From: Candidatus Iainarchaeum sp.
GTDB taxonomy: Archaea > Iainarchaeota > Iainarchaeia > Iainarchaeales > GCA-2688035
Assembly (NCBI GenBank): GCA_028713935.1
Contig: JAQTNI010000006.1
Location: 1 to 32,000 of the forward strand
Direction: 5' to 3'
DNA: 32,000 nt
Position 1 is the first letter of the stretch. Every line of letters starts with the position of its first letter. The notes under the pieces were generated by a model. The model had not been told where the DNA came from. It ran no database searches and worked only from the letters and a program-made list of their open reading frames with translations. The translations under genes and the position numbers were made by a program. Of the stretch, positions 1 through 9,532 are shown piece by piece.

Positions 1-60
1 AAAAATTATAAGAATTTCCCAGACAGCGGGAAAAACAGTTTATTACAGGCGCGTAATCTA

Positions 61-122
61 AACTGCCCTTTCTTTTTCTTTGCAAGAAAAAGAAAGTGTA
101 AGTTGCCCAAAGAAAAAGAACA
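61..122 (-). repeat. Inverted-orientation copy of the S12-S7 spacer element. It contains a 13-bp hairpin, CTTTCTTTTTCTT (68-80) / AAGAAAAAGAAAG (84-96).
   Basis: The reverse complement of 61-122 aligns by hand to 10422-10480 at roughly 85-90% identity. A perfect stem is visible in the sequence. Confidence 0.6.
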
Positions 123-200
123 TAAATTAATGATAAACAGATTGCCAAAAAGAAAGAATCCTGAATCTTTGATAAACAAGAAAAAAGCAATAAAAGAAAA

Positions 201-213
201 TTTAAATTTTTTA
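201..213 (+). promoter_or_regulatory. TATA-like AT-rich box (TTTAAATTTTTTA) upstream of rpoB''
   Basis: AT-rich box about 45 nt upstream of the ATG at 252 in a non-coding leader. The position is only loosely promoter-like. Confidence 0.3.
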
Positions 214-251
214 ATAACATTTTTTTGGATAAAAATTTTGGACTGATTTGC

Positions 252-3236
252 ATGCAGAACTGGGAAGTTGTTGAGGCTTATTTCAAAAACAGGAATTTTG
301 CCCAAATGGAAATTGATTCCTTTAACCAGTTTGTTGACCAGAAGCTCAACGAGATTGTCGATGAAAACAAGGAAATTGTCCCAAAAATAGAAGAAGTCAG
401 GATTGAATTGTCAAACATTGAAATTTCAAAGCCGTCAATAACAGAAGCAGACGGAAGCCCAAGGTCAAGCTTTTTTCCAATGGAGGCAAGAATCAGGAAC
501 AGGACTTATTCGGGAAAAATTTCGCTTACAATGAAATTATTCAGGAGAGACGTTGAACAGGACACAAGAAAAGCATACATCGGGGATTTGCCAATAATGG
601 TGAAATCAAAATTATGCTGGCTCAACGGAAAAACAGATGAAGAGCTCGCGGAAATGGGCGAAGACCCAAAGGATTTTGGCGGATATTTTATAATCAACGG
701 AAGCGAAAAAGCCCTGATAACACAGGAAGTGCTTGCAAGCGACAGGGTTTTGATTTCAGAAATTCCAAAAGGAGTGGCTGCAGAAGTTATTTCAACAAAA
801 GGCGCTTTCAAGGGAAGAGTCAGGGTTGCAAGGCACACTGACGGAATGATTTATGTCACTTTCCCGGCTTCGCCAAGAAAATTAAAACTGTTTGTATTGC
901 TGAAAGCCCTTGGGCTTATTTCCATACGCGAAATCCAGGATGCATTTCCCGAAGAAAAAGAAATTGAAAACGATGTGCTTTTGAACTGGCAGAACACAAT
1001 TGCAAAAACAGAAGAAGAAGCGCTTGACAGGATTGGAAAATATGTTGCGCCTGGGCAGGTTGTTGATTACAGGCTCAGAAGGGCAAGAGAAGTAATTGAC
1101 GCTTTCCTGTTGCCCCACATTGGCCAGAAAAAAACAGACAGGCTTGCAAAAGCTTATTACCTTACAATGATGGCAACAAAGGCAATTGAAAGGTATTATG
1201 GATTAAGAAGCGAGGATGACAAGGACCATTATGCAAACAAGCGCCTTGAATTGAGCGGAAAATTAATGGAACACCTGTTTCGGTACAGTTTCAAATATTT
1301 TATAAAGGATTTAAGATTCCAGATTGACAGGACAATTACAAGAAGAAGAAAATTGAACATTGCAACAGTAGTAAGGCCAGGCGCAATAAGCGAAAGAATA
1401 AGGTTTGCAATGAGCACTGGCAACTGGATTGGGCGCGCAACAGGAGTAAGCAAGTTCATGGACAGGGTGAATTACTTAAGCCCGCTTACAGACCTCAGAA
1501 AAGTGAAAAGCCCCCTGAACAAAAACAGGGAATTATACGAGGCAAGGGATGTGCATGGAACCCATTGGGGAAGGCTTGACCCGATTGAAACCCCTGACGG
1601 CCCAATGTGCGTTGCGCCTGAAACAGAAATGATTCTGGATGATTATTCTGGAATAAGCATTAAGGAATTTGAAGGCATCTGGAAGCAAAGGAAAATTGTT
1701 TCTGTTGACTGGGAAAAAAACAAGGCTGAAAAAAAAGCTGATATTGTAAGGCACATTAAAATGGCTTCAAACAAAAAAGTTTTTGAATTATTTACAAAAG
1801 AGAGCAACAGGAGAATAATTGCTTCTGCAGACCATCCTTTCTTTTCGGAACAATTTGGAAAAACTGCATTGGAAAACTTAAAGAAAGGGAACCGGGTTGC
1901 TGTGTTGCCAATAAAACCAATAAAATTTGAAACCCCTGAAAATAAGATTCTGATTAGCGAAGAAAGCATTTTCAATGCCTGCCCTGAAAAAACAGACAAA
2001 CAATACGTTTTGAACGAATTAAAGAAAAAAGGCTTTGTTCCATTGCTTGATTCAAATCAAAAAGCAATTGTTTTGGCGAAATTGCTCGGCTTTATTTTTG
2101 GAGACGGCGGGTTAAGCATTTCAATGAAAAAGTACAAGTCGAACTGCACAATTACTTTTGCTGGAAGGCAAGCAGATTTGGAAGAAATTGCAGGGGACAT
2201 AAAAGAAATGGGTTTTGATTGCGGAAAGATTATCAGAACAAAAAGGGTTTCTGTGCTTTCAAATGGCAGGGTTATTTCGGGCTATTCAGAAACAATGCAT
2301 TGCTATTCAAAGCCATTGTGGATTTTATTCAGGGCGCTGGGCGCCCCTGTTGGGGACAAAGCAATTAGCCCGACAAGCGTGCCAAATTGGCTGATGAACT
2401 CAAGGAAAATTTTTGCAATGGAATTTTTAAGCGGTTATTTTGGAAGCGAAATGACAAAGCCCAGTGCGGATAAAAGAAACGGAACGGTCTTTTTGCAGCC
2501 AGTTGTTTCACTGAACAAGTCAAAGGAACTCGTGCAAAATGGATTGGAATTTGCAGAGCAATTGAAGGAATTGCTGCAAAAGTTTGGCATTAAGGCTTCC
2601 TGCATAAAAATTGTTGACGGAATAAAAAGAAAATCAGGAATTGAAACTAAAAAAATAAAATTGCTTGTTTCCAGCAGACCGGATAGTTTGCTTAATTTAT
2701 ATGGCACTGTTGGGTTTGGGTATTGCGCTGAAAGAAAAAGCCTTGCAAGAATGGCTTACAGCTATTTGCTGTTCAAAAAAACAATGGTTGAAAAGAGAAT
2801 CAAGGCGCAGCAATTTGCAATTGCATTGGCAAATAACGGAAAAAGCATTTCACAAATAGCCGGAGAAATAGGCCCTGATGTGAAAAAGCATGATGTGAGC
2901 AATTGGCTTAAAAAAGACAAAAAAGGCTTGAACAAGTTCGTGCGGGTTTCCGAAAAAGAATTTCCAAAATTCAATGACTGGATTAGGGAACACTGCATTT
3001 CGGAAAACGGCCTGGTTTGGGAAACAATTGAATCAATAAAAGAAACAGAATGCAGGGAAGTAATGGATGTAACCACAAAACAGGCTTACCATAATTTTTT
3101 TGCAAATGGCTTTTTGACAGGCAACTGCGGCTTAGTGAAAAATCTTTGCTTAATGGCGGAAGTTACAACTGATGCTGATGAAAAACCAATTGAAGAATTG
3201 CTGAACAAGAAAGGCGTAAAAATGAGGAAATTGTAG
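252..3236 (+). CDS. rpoB2: DNA-directed RNA polymerase subunit B'' (N-terminal half of a split RpoB), interrupted by an in-frame intein
   Basis: The N-terminus (WEVVEAYF...EIDSFNQFV) and the motifs GGYFIINGSEKA, DDKDHYANKRLELSG and RLDPIETPDGPM...CGLVKNL are typical of archaeal RpoB. The track ORF starts at TTG 225; the ATG at 252 gives the canonical N-terminus. Stop is TAG 3234-3236. Confidence 0.95.
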   Translation: MQNWEVVEAYFKNRNFAQMEIDSFNQFVDQKLNEIVDENKEIVPKIEEVRIELSNIEISKPSITEADGSPRSSFFPMEARIRNRTYSGKISLTMKLFRRDVEQDTRKAYIGDLPIMVKSKLCWLNGKTDEELAEMGEDPKDFGGYFIINGSEKALITQEVLASDRVLISEIPKGVAAEVISTKGAFKGRVRVARHTDGMIYVTFPASPRKLKLFVLLKALGLISIREIQDAFPEEKEIENDVLLNWQNTIAKTEEEALDRIGKYVAPGQVVDYRLRRAREVIDAFLLPHIGQKKTDRLAKAYYLTMMATKAIERYYGLRSEDDKDHYANKRLELSGKLMEHLFRYSFKYFIKDLRFQIDRTITRRRKLNIATVVRPGAISERIRFAMSTGNWIGRATGVSKFMDRVNYLSPLTDLRKVKSPLNKNRELYEARDVHGTHWGRLDPIETPDGPMCVAPETEMILDDYSGISIKEFEGIWKQRKIVSVDWEKNKAEKKADIVRHIKMASNKKVFELFTKESNRRIIASADHPFFSEQFGKTALENLKKGNRVAVLPIKPIKFETPENKILISEESIFNACPEKTDKQYVLNELKKKGFVPLLDSNQKAIVLAKLLGFIFGDGGLSISMKKYKSNCTITFAGRQADLEEIAGDIKEMGFDCGKIIRTKRVSVLSNGRVISGYSETMHCYSKPLWILFRALGAPVGDKAISPTSVPNWLMNSRKIFAMEFLSGYFGSEMTKPSADKRNGTVFLQPVVSLNKSKELVQNGLEFAEQLKELLQKFGIKASCIKIVDGIKRKSGIETKKIKLLVSSRPDSLLNLYGTVGFGYCAERKSLARMAYSYLLFKKTMVEKRIKAQQFAIALANNGKSISQIAGEIGPDVKKHDVSNWLKKDKKGLNKFVRVSEKEFPKFNDWIREHCISENGLVWETIESIKETECREVMDVTTKQAYHNFFANGFLTGNCGLVKNLCLMAEVTTDADEKPIEELLNKKGVKMRKL
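1608..3125 (+). mobile_element. Intein (506 aa) with a LAGLIDADG homing-endonuclease domain, inserted in rpoB''
   Basis: The extein junction ETPDGPM|C...GN|CGLVKNL restores the conserved RpoB motif TP(E/D)Gxx-CGLVKNL. The N-terminal residue is Cys (CVAPETEMIL), block B is like SADHPFF, and the C-terminal block is YHNFFANGFLTGN followed by a +1 Cys. The two LAGLIDADG motifs are LAKLLGFIFGDGGLS (2073-2117) and AMEFLSGYFGSEMTK (2415-2459). Confidence 0.85.
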
Positions 3237-3266
3237 GGCTGGAAAAAAATTAATTAGGGTGTTGAA

Positions 3267-5090
3267 ATGGCTGGAACTGGAAAAGCTGCAAAAATTTATA
3301 TTAATGGAAGGCTGATTGGCTTTCACGATTCTCCGAAAGAATTGACTGACGAATTAATCAATTCAAGAAGAGCAAACAAAATAAGCCCGCTTGTAAACAT
3401 TGCTTATCATGCCGACACAAACGAGCTTTACCTTAACACTGATGCGGGAAGAGTGCAGAGGCCCCTTATTGTTGTTGAAAATGGAAAATCAAAGCTTACT
3501 GAAGAGCATTTAAGGGATTTGAAAAGCGGAAAATTAACCTGGCAGGACTTGCAGAAACAGGGAGTAATTGAATATGTTGATTCTGAAGAAGAAGAAAATT
3601 TAATGGTTGCATTGAAACCAGAGGATTTGGCAAAAGAGCACACTCATCTGGAAATAAGCTCAATTGCAATCCTGAGCCTGATTTCTTCAATGGTTCCTTA
3701 TTTGCAGCACGACATGGCTGGAAAAGTATTGCACGGCGCAAAAATGTTCAAGCAGGCACTGGGAATAAACGGAATAAATTACAACCTGAGGACAGACACT
3801 GAAGGTTTTTTGATGCATTATCCACAGAAAGAACTTATTTCAAGCAGGACAAATGCCCTTATTGAACTTGAAAAAAGGCCGCAGAGCCAGAATTTTGTTG
3901 TTGCAATAATGCCATTTTACGGCTTTAACACAATGGATGCGCTTGTCATGAACAAAGGTTCCCTTGAAAGAGGCCTTGCAAGGACATCTTATTTCAGGAT
4001 GTATGAAGGCGCTGAAAACAGGTATCCCGGAGGCCAGACAGACAAATTTGAAATTCCAACAGAAGAAACAATTGGCTATCTGCAGGAAGACCTTTACAAA
4101 AACCTTGGCGCAGACGGATTGGCTGAAATTGAATCCTGGGCAGGCGAAAGGTCAATTGTAATTGGAAGAACTTCTCCCCCAAGATTTTTGGAAGAAGTTT
4201 CTGAATTTGGCGTTGTAAAAGAAAAAAGAAGAGAAAGCAGCGTTACTACTAGAAAAGGAAAGCCCGGCTTTGTGGACAGCATTCTTATAACGGAAAATGA
4301 GGATTCAAACAAGCTTGTAAAAATAAAAATCAGGAGCACAATGCAGCCAGAGACAGGCGACAAAGTGAGCAGCAGGCACGGCCAAAAGGGAGTAATAGGC
4401 GCTGTTTTTCCAGAAGCAGACATGCCTTTTACAGCAGACGGAGTAAAACCAGACCTTATTCTTAACCCGCACAGCATTCCAAGCAGAATGACAATGGGCC
4501 ATTTGCTGGAAATGCTTGGCGGAAAATCAGGGGCAATGGCTGGCCAGGCAATTGACGGGACTCCTTTTGAATCAATGCCAATAAAAGAGCTTGAAGAAAT
4601 GCTTAAGCAGCACGGCTTCAGGCAGGACGGCAAAGAGGCTTTTTATGACGGCTTAACAGGCAGAAGGCTTGAAGGCGAAATTTTTGTTGGAATGTGCGCT
4701 TACAGAAGGCTGTTCCATATGGTTGCACACAAAATGCAGGCAAGGGCAAGAGGCCCAGTGCAAATCCTTACAAGGCAGCCAACAGAAGGAAAAGAAAAAG
4801 AAGGCGGCCTGCGCTTTGGTGAAATGGAAGGCGAAACACTTGTGGGGCACGGAGCGGCAATGCTTTTGCACGAAAAATTCATAGAAGATTCTGACAAGGC
4901 AGTTGAGCTTGTATGCGAAAAATGCGGAGTAATCGCAATCCATGACATGATAAGAAACAAAAAATACTGCCCAATCTGCGAAAGCAGCAAGGTCTATCCA
5001 GTTGAAATGAGCTATGGATTCAAATTATTGCTTGATGAATTAAAGGCACTCGGAATAATGCCCAAACTAAACATTACGGACAAAGTGTAA
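3267..5090 (+). CDS. rpoB1: DNA-directed RNA polymerase subunit B' (C-terminal half of split RpoB)
   Basis: Motifs GDKVSSRHGQKGV, PDLILNPHSIPSRMTMGHLLE, FGEMEGETLVGHGAA and the C-terminal Zn ribbon CEKCG...CPIC. SD-like GGGTG (3257-3261) lies 5 nt upstream of the ATG. Confidence 0.97.
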   Translation: MAGTGKAAKIYINGRLIGFHDSPKELTDELINSRRANKISPLVNIAYHADTNELYLNTDAGRVQRPLIVVENGKSKLTEEHLRDLKSGKLTWQDLQKQGVIEYVDSEEEENLMVALKPEDLAKEHTHLEISSIAILSLISSMVPYLQHDMAGKVLHGAKMFKQALGINGINYNLRTDTEGFLMHYPQKELISSRTNALIELEKRPQSQNFVVAIMPFYGFNTMDALVMNKGSLERGLARTSYFRMYEGAENRYPGGQTDKFEIPTEETIGYLQEDLYKNLGADGLAEIESWAGERSIVIGRTSPPRFLEEVSEFGVVKEKRRESSVTTRKGKPGFVDSILITENEDSNKLVKIKIRSTMQPETGDKVSSRHGQKGVIGAVFPEADMPFTADGVKPDLILNPHSIPSRMTMGHLLEMLGGKSGAMAGQAIDGTPFESMPIKELEEMLKQHGFRQDGKEAFYDGLTGRRLEGEIFVGMCAYRRLFHMVAHKMQARARGPVQILTRQPTEGKEKEGGLRFGEMEGETLVGHGAAMLLHEKFIEDSDKAVELVCEKCGVIAIHDMIRNKKYCPICESSKVYPVEMSYGFKLLLDELKALGIMPKLNITDKV

Positions 5091-5120
5091 GAAAGAAAAC
5101 AAAATTTAAAAATAAAATGG

Positions 5121-7757
5121 ATGATGCTGATGCTTGTAAAAAGAATTTCTTCAATCCAGTTCAATGTCTTAAGCCCTGCAATGCTCAGGAAAATGTCTGC
5201 GCTTGAAATAAAAACTCCGGACACTTATGACAAGGACGGTTATCCAATGGAAGGCGGCCTTATGGACCCGCATCTTGGCGTGATTAACCCTGGCTTGAGA
5301 TGCAAAACCTGCGGGCAAAAAATGAAGCAATGCCCTGGCCACTTCGGAAGCCTTGAATTGGTAAGGCCTGTCCTGCACTCCGAATTCAGCAAAAGAATTG
5401 AGCAATTGATGCATGCAAGCTGCAAAGAATGCAGCAGGATTGCATTGCCTGACGACAAGCTTGAATATTACAGGAGAATGCTTACCCCCCAGAACGCGGA
5501 AATCATTGGAAAAAAAATTTCCGCAAAAGCGCGCAAAATAAAAAAGTGCCCCCATTGCAAGGCAGAAAAAGGCACTGTGGTGCTTGACAAGCCGACAAAC
5601 TTTTTTTATAACAAGGAAAGAATCTATCCAACCCAGATAAGGGAATGGATGGAAAAAATTCCTGACAAGGACCTGGAATTGTTCGGCTATAAGCAGGATG
5701 TAATAAGGCCTGAATGGTTTGTTTTGACAGTAATGCCAGTTCCTCCAGTAACAATAAGGCCAAGCATTACTCTTGAATCAGGAATAAAATCCGAAGATGA
5801 TTTGACACACAAGCTTGTTGACATTATAAGAATCAATCTGCGCCTGAAAGACAACATTGATGCAGGGGCTCCGCAGCTTATCATTGAAGACCTCTGGGAT
5901 TTGCTGCAGTACCACGTAACAACATATTTTGACAACAATACTGCGGGAGTTCCGCCTGCAAAACACAGGAGTGGCCGCGCTTTAAGGACTCTTGTGCAGA
6001 GGCTGAAGGGAAAAAAAGGAAGATTCAGGCACAACCTGACAGGAAAAAGAGTGAATTTTGCAGCAAGAAGCACTATTACTCCAGACCCTTATATTCTTAT
6101 CAGCGAAGTCGGAATCCCAACGGAAATCGCCAATGAACTGACTGTCCCTGAAATGGTGACGGAATGGAACAAAAAAGAAATCCAGGCGCTTGTGAAAAAT
6201 ACTGACAAATCTGTTTATCTTGTCAGGCCGAATGAAACGAGAAAAAAAATTGATGAGGCAAACAAGCAGGAAGTAATTGAAGAAATTGACATTGGATTCA
6301 GGGTTGAAAGAAAGCTGATGGATGGCGACGTGGTTTTGTTCAACAGGCAGCCGTCATTGCACAGGCTCAGCATGCTGGCGCACACTGCAAGGGTAATGCC
6401 GGGAAGGACATTCAGGATGAACCCTATTGTCTGCAAGCCTTACGGCGCGGATTTTGATGGCGATGAAATGAACCTGCATGTGCCCCAGACAGAAGAGGGA
6501 AAAACAGAGGCATTGGAATTAATGTTTGCAAGAAATCAGGTTATTTCGCCAAGATATGGTGCGCCAATAATTGTCCTTGCCGAAGACGGAATTACTGGCT
6601 TGTTTGCATTGACAACTCATTCAATGGAATTCACAAGAGAAGATGCAATGGCATATTTTTACGAAATCGGCCTGAAGGAAATTCCAAAGCCTGACAGGGG
6701 GAAAAAGTATTCGGGAAAATTGATTTTCAGCCAGTTGCTGCCAAAAGACCTGAATCTGGAATACAAGACATTTACCTGCAATGTCCTGAGAAAAACTGGA
6801 ATCTGCAATGACTGTGTAAAGGAAAAATGCAGCCATGATGCGTACCTTAAAATTGCAGACGGAAAACTTGTTATGGGCGTAATTGACAAGGAATCCCTTG
6901 GGGAAGGCAGCGGAAAACTTGTGGACGCGCTTGCAAGGCATTATCCAAGCGAAGTCATTGAAAAGTTTTATGCGGGAGCTTCAAGAATAGTGAGTGATTT
7001 GCTTACAAAAAAAGGCATGACAGTCGGCCTTGATGAATATGAAGTGAGCGAGCATATTGAAAAGGAAAAAGAAAAGATTTTCAAGGAAACAATTGCAAAA
7101 GCAGATGTTTTTGTGCAAAAATACAAAAAAGGAAATCTTGAGCATATTCCCGGAAAAACTATTGAAGAAAGCTTTGAAACATATATTATGCGGGCAGCAG
7201 GGGAAGCCAAAAGCACTCTTGAAAAAGAAATCATGAAGGAAAAACTTAAGCCTGTGCTGGAAGGGTCATCAAAACTGAATACTATTGCGATGATATTGAG
7301 TGGCGGAAGAGGCGGAAGCATAAACCTCATGAACATTTCGGGATTCTGGGGCCAGGTTGCAGTCAGGTCTGGAAGGCCAAAAAGGGGCTTTACTTCAAGG
7401 CTTCTTTCATTGAATTACAAGGATGATGTTGGATTGTTCGCAGGCGGATTTTTAAGGGGCAATTTTATCAAGGGAATGGGCGCAGTTGAATATTTTTATC
7501 ACAGCATGGGTGGAAGGCAGGGAGAAGTTGACACTGGTGTTTCAACAAAAGTGTCGGGATACCTTTACAGGAGGCTTGCAAACAGCCTCAAGGACCTCAT
7601 GGTGAACAATGACGGCACAGTGAGGACTGCCTCAAAGAACATTGTGCAGTACAATTACGGTGAAGACTCTGTTTTCCCGCAAAAAACAGTGAAGGGAAAA
7701 ACCATTGATGTTGACATGGAATTTGTAAGAATGAACACTGAAAAAAAGGAAGACTGA
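5121..7757 (+). CDS. rpoA1: DNA-directed RNA polymerase subunit A'
   Basis: Zn motif CKTCGQKMKQCPGHFG, the catalytic motif YGADFDGDEMNLHVPQ, and RQPSLHRLSM. The length of 878 aa is normal for archaeal A'. Confidence 0.97.
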   Translation: MMLMLVKRISSIQFNVLSPAMLRKMSALEIKTPDTYDKDGYPMEGGLMDPHLGVINPGLRCKTCGQKMKQCPGHFGSLELVRPVLHSEFSKRIEQLMHASCKECSRIALPDDKLEYYRRMLTPQNAEIIGKKISAKARKIKKCPHCKAEKGTVVLDKPTNFFYNKERIYPTQIREWMEKIPDKDLELFGYKQDVIRPEWFVLTVMPVPPVTIRPSITLESGIKSEDDLTHKLVDIIRINLRLKDNIDAGAPQLIIEDLWDLLQYHVTTYFDNNTAGVPPAKHRSGRALRTLVQRLKGKKGRFRHNLTGKRVNFAARSTITPDPYILISEVGIPTEIANELTVPEMVTEWNKKEIQALVKNTDKSVYLVRPNETRKKIDEANKQEVIEEIDIGFRVERKLMDGDVVLFNRQPSLHRLSMLAHTARVMPGRTFRMNPIVCKPYGADFDGDEMNLHVPQTEEGKTEALELMFARNQVISPRYGAPIIVLAEDGITGLFALTTHSMEFTREDAMAYFYEIGLKEIPKPDRGKKYSGKLIFSQLLPKDLNLEYKTFTCNVLRKTGICNDCVKEKCSHDAYLKIADGKLVMGVIDKESLGEGSGKLVDALARHYPSEVIEKFYAGASRIVSDLLTKKGMTVGLDEYEVSEHIEKEKEKIFKETIAKADVFVQKYKKGNLEHIPGKTIEESFETYIMRAAGEAKSTLEKEIMKEKLKPVLEGSSKLNTIAMILSGGRGGSINLMNISGFWGQVAVRSGRPKRGFTSRLLSLNYKDDVGLFAGGFLRGNFIKGMGAVEYFYHSMGGRQGEVDTGVSTKVSGYLYRRLANSLKDLMVNNDGTVRTASKNIVQYNYGEDSVFPQKTVKGKTIDVDMEFVRMNTEKKED

Positions 7758-7781
7758 ACCAGGATTTATAAAGTGATTTTT

Positions 7782-9122
7782 ATGGCAAAAAACAAAAAAG
7801 AAGACGTTGAAATTCTTGAAGAAGAAGAGCTTGACGATCTTGAAGATGCGGAAATGGAAGGGAGAAAAGGCAGGGAAGACCTGAGCGGGGAAGGCGAAGA
7901 AGAACCTGAAGAAAGTGCGGAAAAAGAAGGCCCAAAAGTAAAGGAAAAAAAAGGCAGGGACAGGGAAATTCCCGATGCCAAAAAAGAGGACTGGGAAGAA
8001 CAGCCTTTGCCATACTGGGTAATGGCGCAAATTGCTTTTATTGCTGAAAGGGAAAAACTGAGCAAGCAAAAAGTCGAATCGTTAATTGAAAGGATAAAGG
8101 AAAAATTTTCCGACCTGACAGTGGAAGCAGGAGAAGCAGTTGGAATTGTTGCGGCACAAAGCATTGGAGAGCCAGGCACACAGCTTACTTTGAGGACAAA
8201 ACACTATGCGGGAGCAGCTGAAGTCAGTGTTGGCTCGGGAATACAGAGAGTTGAGGAAATTGTTGATGGCAGAAGCAAGTCAAAATATCCCACAATGACA
8301 ATTTTTTTGAATTCTCCATTGAACAAGGACAGGGAAAAAACAGTTAAATTTGCAAACAAGCTTGTTGAAGTCAGGCTGCAGGATGTTGCAAAGCTGCATG
8401 AGGATTTTGCAAACAGCGTAATCAGCATAGAACTGGATGAAAAAGCCCTGAAAGAGCATTATCTTGACGAAAAAGACATTATTGCAAAAATAAAATCAGG
8501 GATAAAGCTTGAAGCGCACCAGAAAAAAAATGTTGTGGAATTGAATTTTAAAAAAGAGCAGCTCATAAGGATAAGGAAGGCTATTCTGAAGCTTATGAAT
8601 TCAAGGGTACAGGGCATAAAAGGAATTGGAAAAGTTTTGATTGCAGAAGAAGGCAAGGAATTTGTAATAAAAACTTCGGGTTCAAACCTGAAAGGGGTTT
8701 TGAAACTTGAAGAAATTGATTCCACAAGATTGACAACAAACGACATAATGGAAACAAGCCTTGTGCTTGGAATTGAAGCGGGAAGGGCGCTTGTCGTAAA
8801 TGAACTGCAAAAAACATTCAAGGACAACAAGATTGCAATTGACATCAGGCATCTCATGCTTTTGGCAGACCTCATGACTTACAGCGGGGAAGTAAAGGGA
8901 ATAGTGAGGACAGGCATAAGCAGGGAAAAAGCAAGCCCTTTTGCAAGAGCTGCTTTTGAAGAAACAGTAAAGCACCTTGTTGATGCGAGTTTCAGGGGCG
9001 AAAGCGAAGACCTGCAGGGAGTTGTTGAAAATATTATTGTTGGCCAGCCAGTAAAAGTCGGCACTGGAATTGTTGAATTGGTAATGGACAGCTCAAAAAC
9101 AGGGAAAAGCAAAAAAGAATAG
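7782..9122 (+). CDS. rpoA2: DNA-directed RNA polymerase subunit A'' with an acidic low-complexity N-terminal extension
   Basis: Motif [28 protein letters not shown] and the C-terminal [11 protein letters not shown]...[10 protein letters not shown]. The track ORF starts at GTG 7773; the first ATG is 7782. Confidence 0.95.
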   Translation: MAKNKKEDVEILEEEELDDLEDAEMEGRKGREDLSGEGEEEPEESAEKEGPKVKEKKGRDREIPDAKKEDWEEQPLPYWVMAQIAFIAEREKLSKQKVESLIERIKEKFSDLTVEAGEAVGIVAAQSIGEPGTQLTLRTKHYAGAAEVSVGSGIQRVEEIVDGRSKSKYPTMTIFLNSPLNKDREKTVKFANKLVEVRLQDVAKLHEDFANSVISIELDEKALKEHYLDEKDIIAKIKSGIKLEAHQKKNVVELNFKKEQLIRIRKAILKLMNSRVQGIKGIGKVLIAEEGKEFVIKTSGSNLKGVLKLEEIDSTRLTTNDIMETSLVLGIEAGRALVVNELQKTFKDNKIAIDIRHLMLLADLMTYSGEVKGIVRTGISREKASPFARAAFEETVKHLVDASFRGESEDLQGVVENIIVGQPVKVGTGIVELVMDSSKTGKSKKE

Positions 9123-9205
9123 CGAAGCATAAGCAATTAAAAAAATTTGGTTTGGGAGATTTGTAATAAGCAAAAAAAAAAAATTTATTTTGAATGGTTT
9201 TTTAT

Positions 9206-9532
9206 ATGGTTGAAATCGACGCTAACAAGGAAATCAGAAGGGCTGTGGATACAGGTTCTGTGAAATTTGGCTTCAAGCAGTCCGAGAAAAACGTTTTAAA
9301 AGGCAATGCTGAGCTAATTATTTTAAGTTCTAACGTTCAAAAGCGCATAAAGGAAAAAATTCAGCATTATTGTGCTTCTGCAAAAATCCCGATTTTCAAT
9401 TTTTCAGGAAATTCAGTGGAATTGGGCAGTGTTTGCGGAAAGCCGTTTGTAATTTCTTGCCTTTGCATTGAGAAATCCGGAAAAAGCAAGGCCTTGGGCC
9501 TGGCAAAGATTCAGAGCAGTGAAAACAAATGA
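9206..9532 (+). CDS. rpl30e: Ribosomal protein L30e (eL30)
   Basis: The pattern IRRAVDTGSVKFGFKQSEKNVLKGNAELIILSSN...ELGSVCGKPFVISCLCI matches the L30e/L7Ae-fold family, and this is the canonical position after rpoA''. The alternative ATG at 9194 adds 4 residues. Confidence 0.88.
   Translation: MVEIDANKEIRRAVDTGSVKFGFKQSEKNVLKGNAELIILSSNVQKRIKEKIQHYCASAKIPIFNFSGNSVELGSVCGKPFVISCLCIEKSGKSKALGLAKIQSSENK

Noticed and set aside
225-251. Longest-ORF start extensions. These are TTG 225 for rpoB'', TTG 11115 for fusA, 16895 for P2, 18929 for archease, TTG 19506 for rtcB, and 27160 for SET.
   Set aside because: In each case a downstream ATG gives the canonical conserved N-terminus or a signal peptide, and it is preceded by an SD or a leaderless-type TATA box. 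The extensions overlap upstream genes or promoter sequence.
4094-4633. A 179-aa minus-strand ORF
   Set aside because: It is antisense to rpoB', the same shadow-ORF effect.
7632-8179. Two minus-strand ORFs of 137-145 aa over the start of rpoA''
   Set aside because: They mirror the purine-rich GAA/GAG/AAA tract encoding the acidic extension. Their products are Phe/Ser/Leu repeats.
9171-9185. A long poly-A run (about 13 A) between rpoA'' and rpl30e, and many A7-A9 runs inside genes
   Set aside because: This is consistent with the AT-rich, Lys-rich genome. There is no frame disruption or slippage signature in the flanking ORFs.
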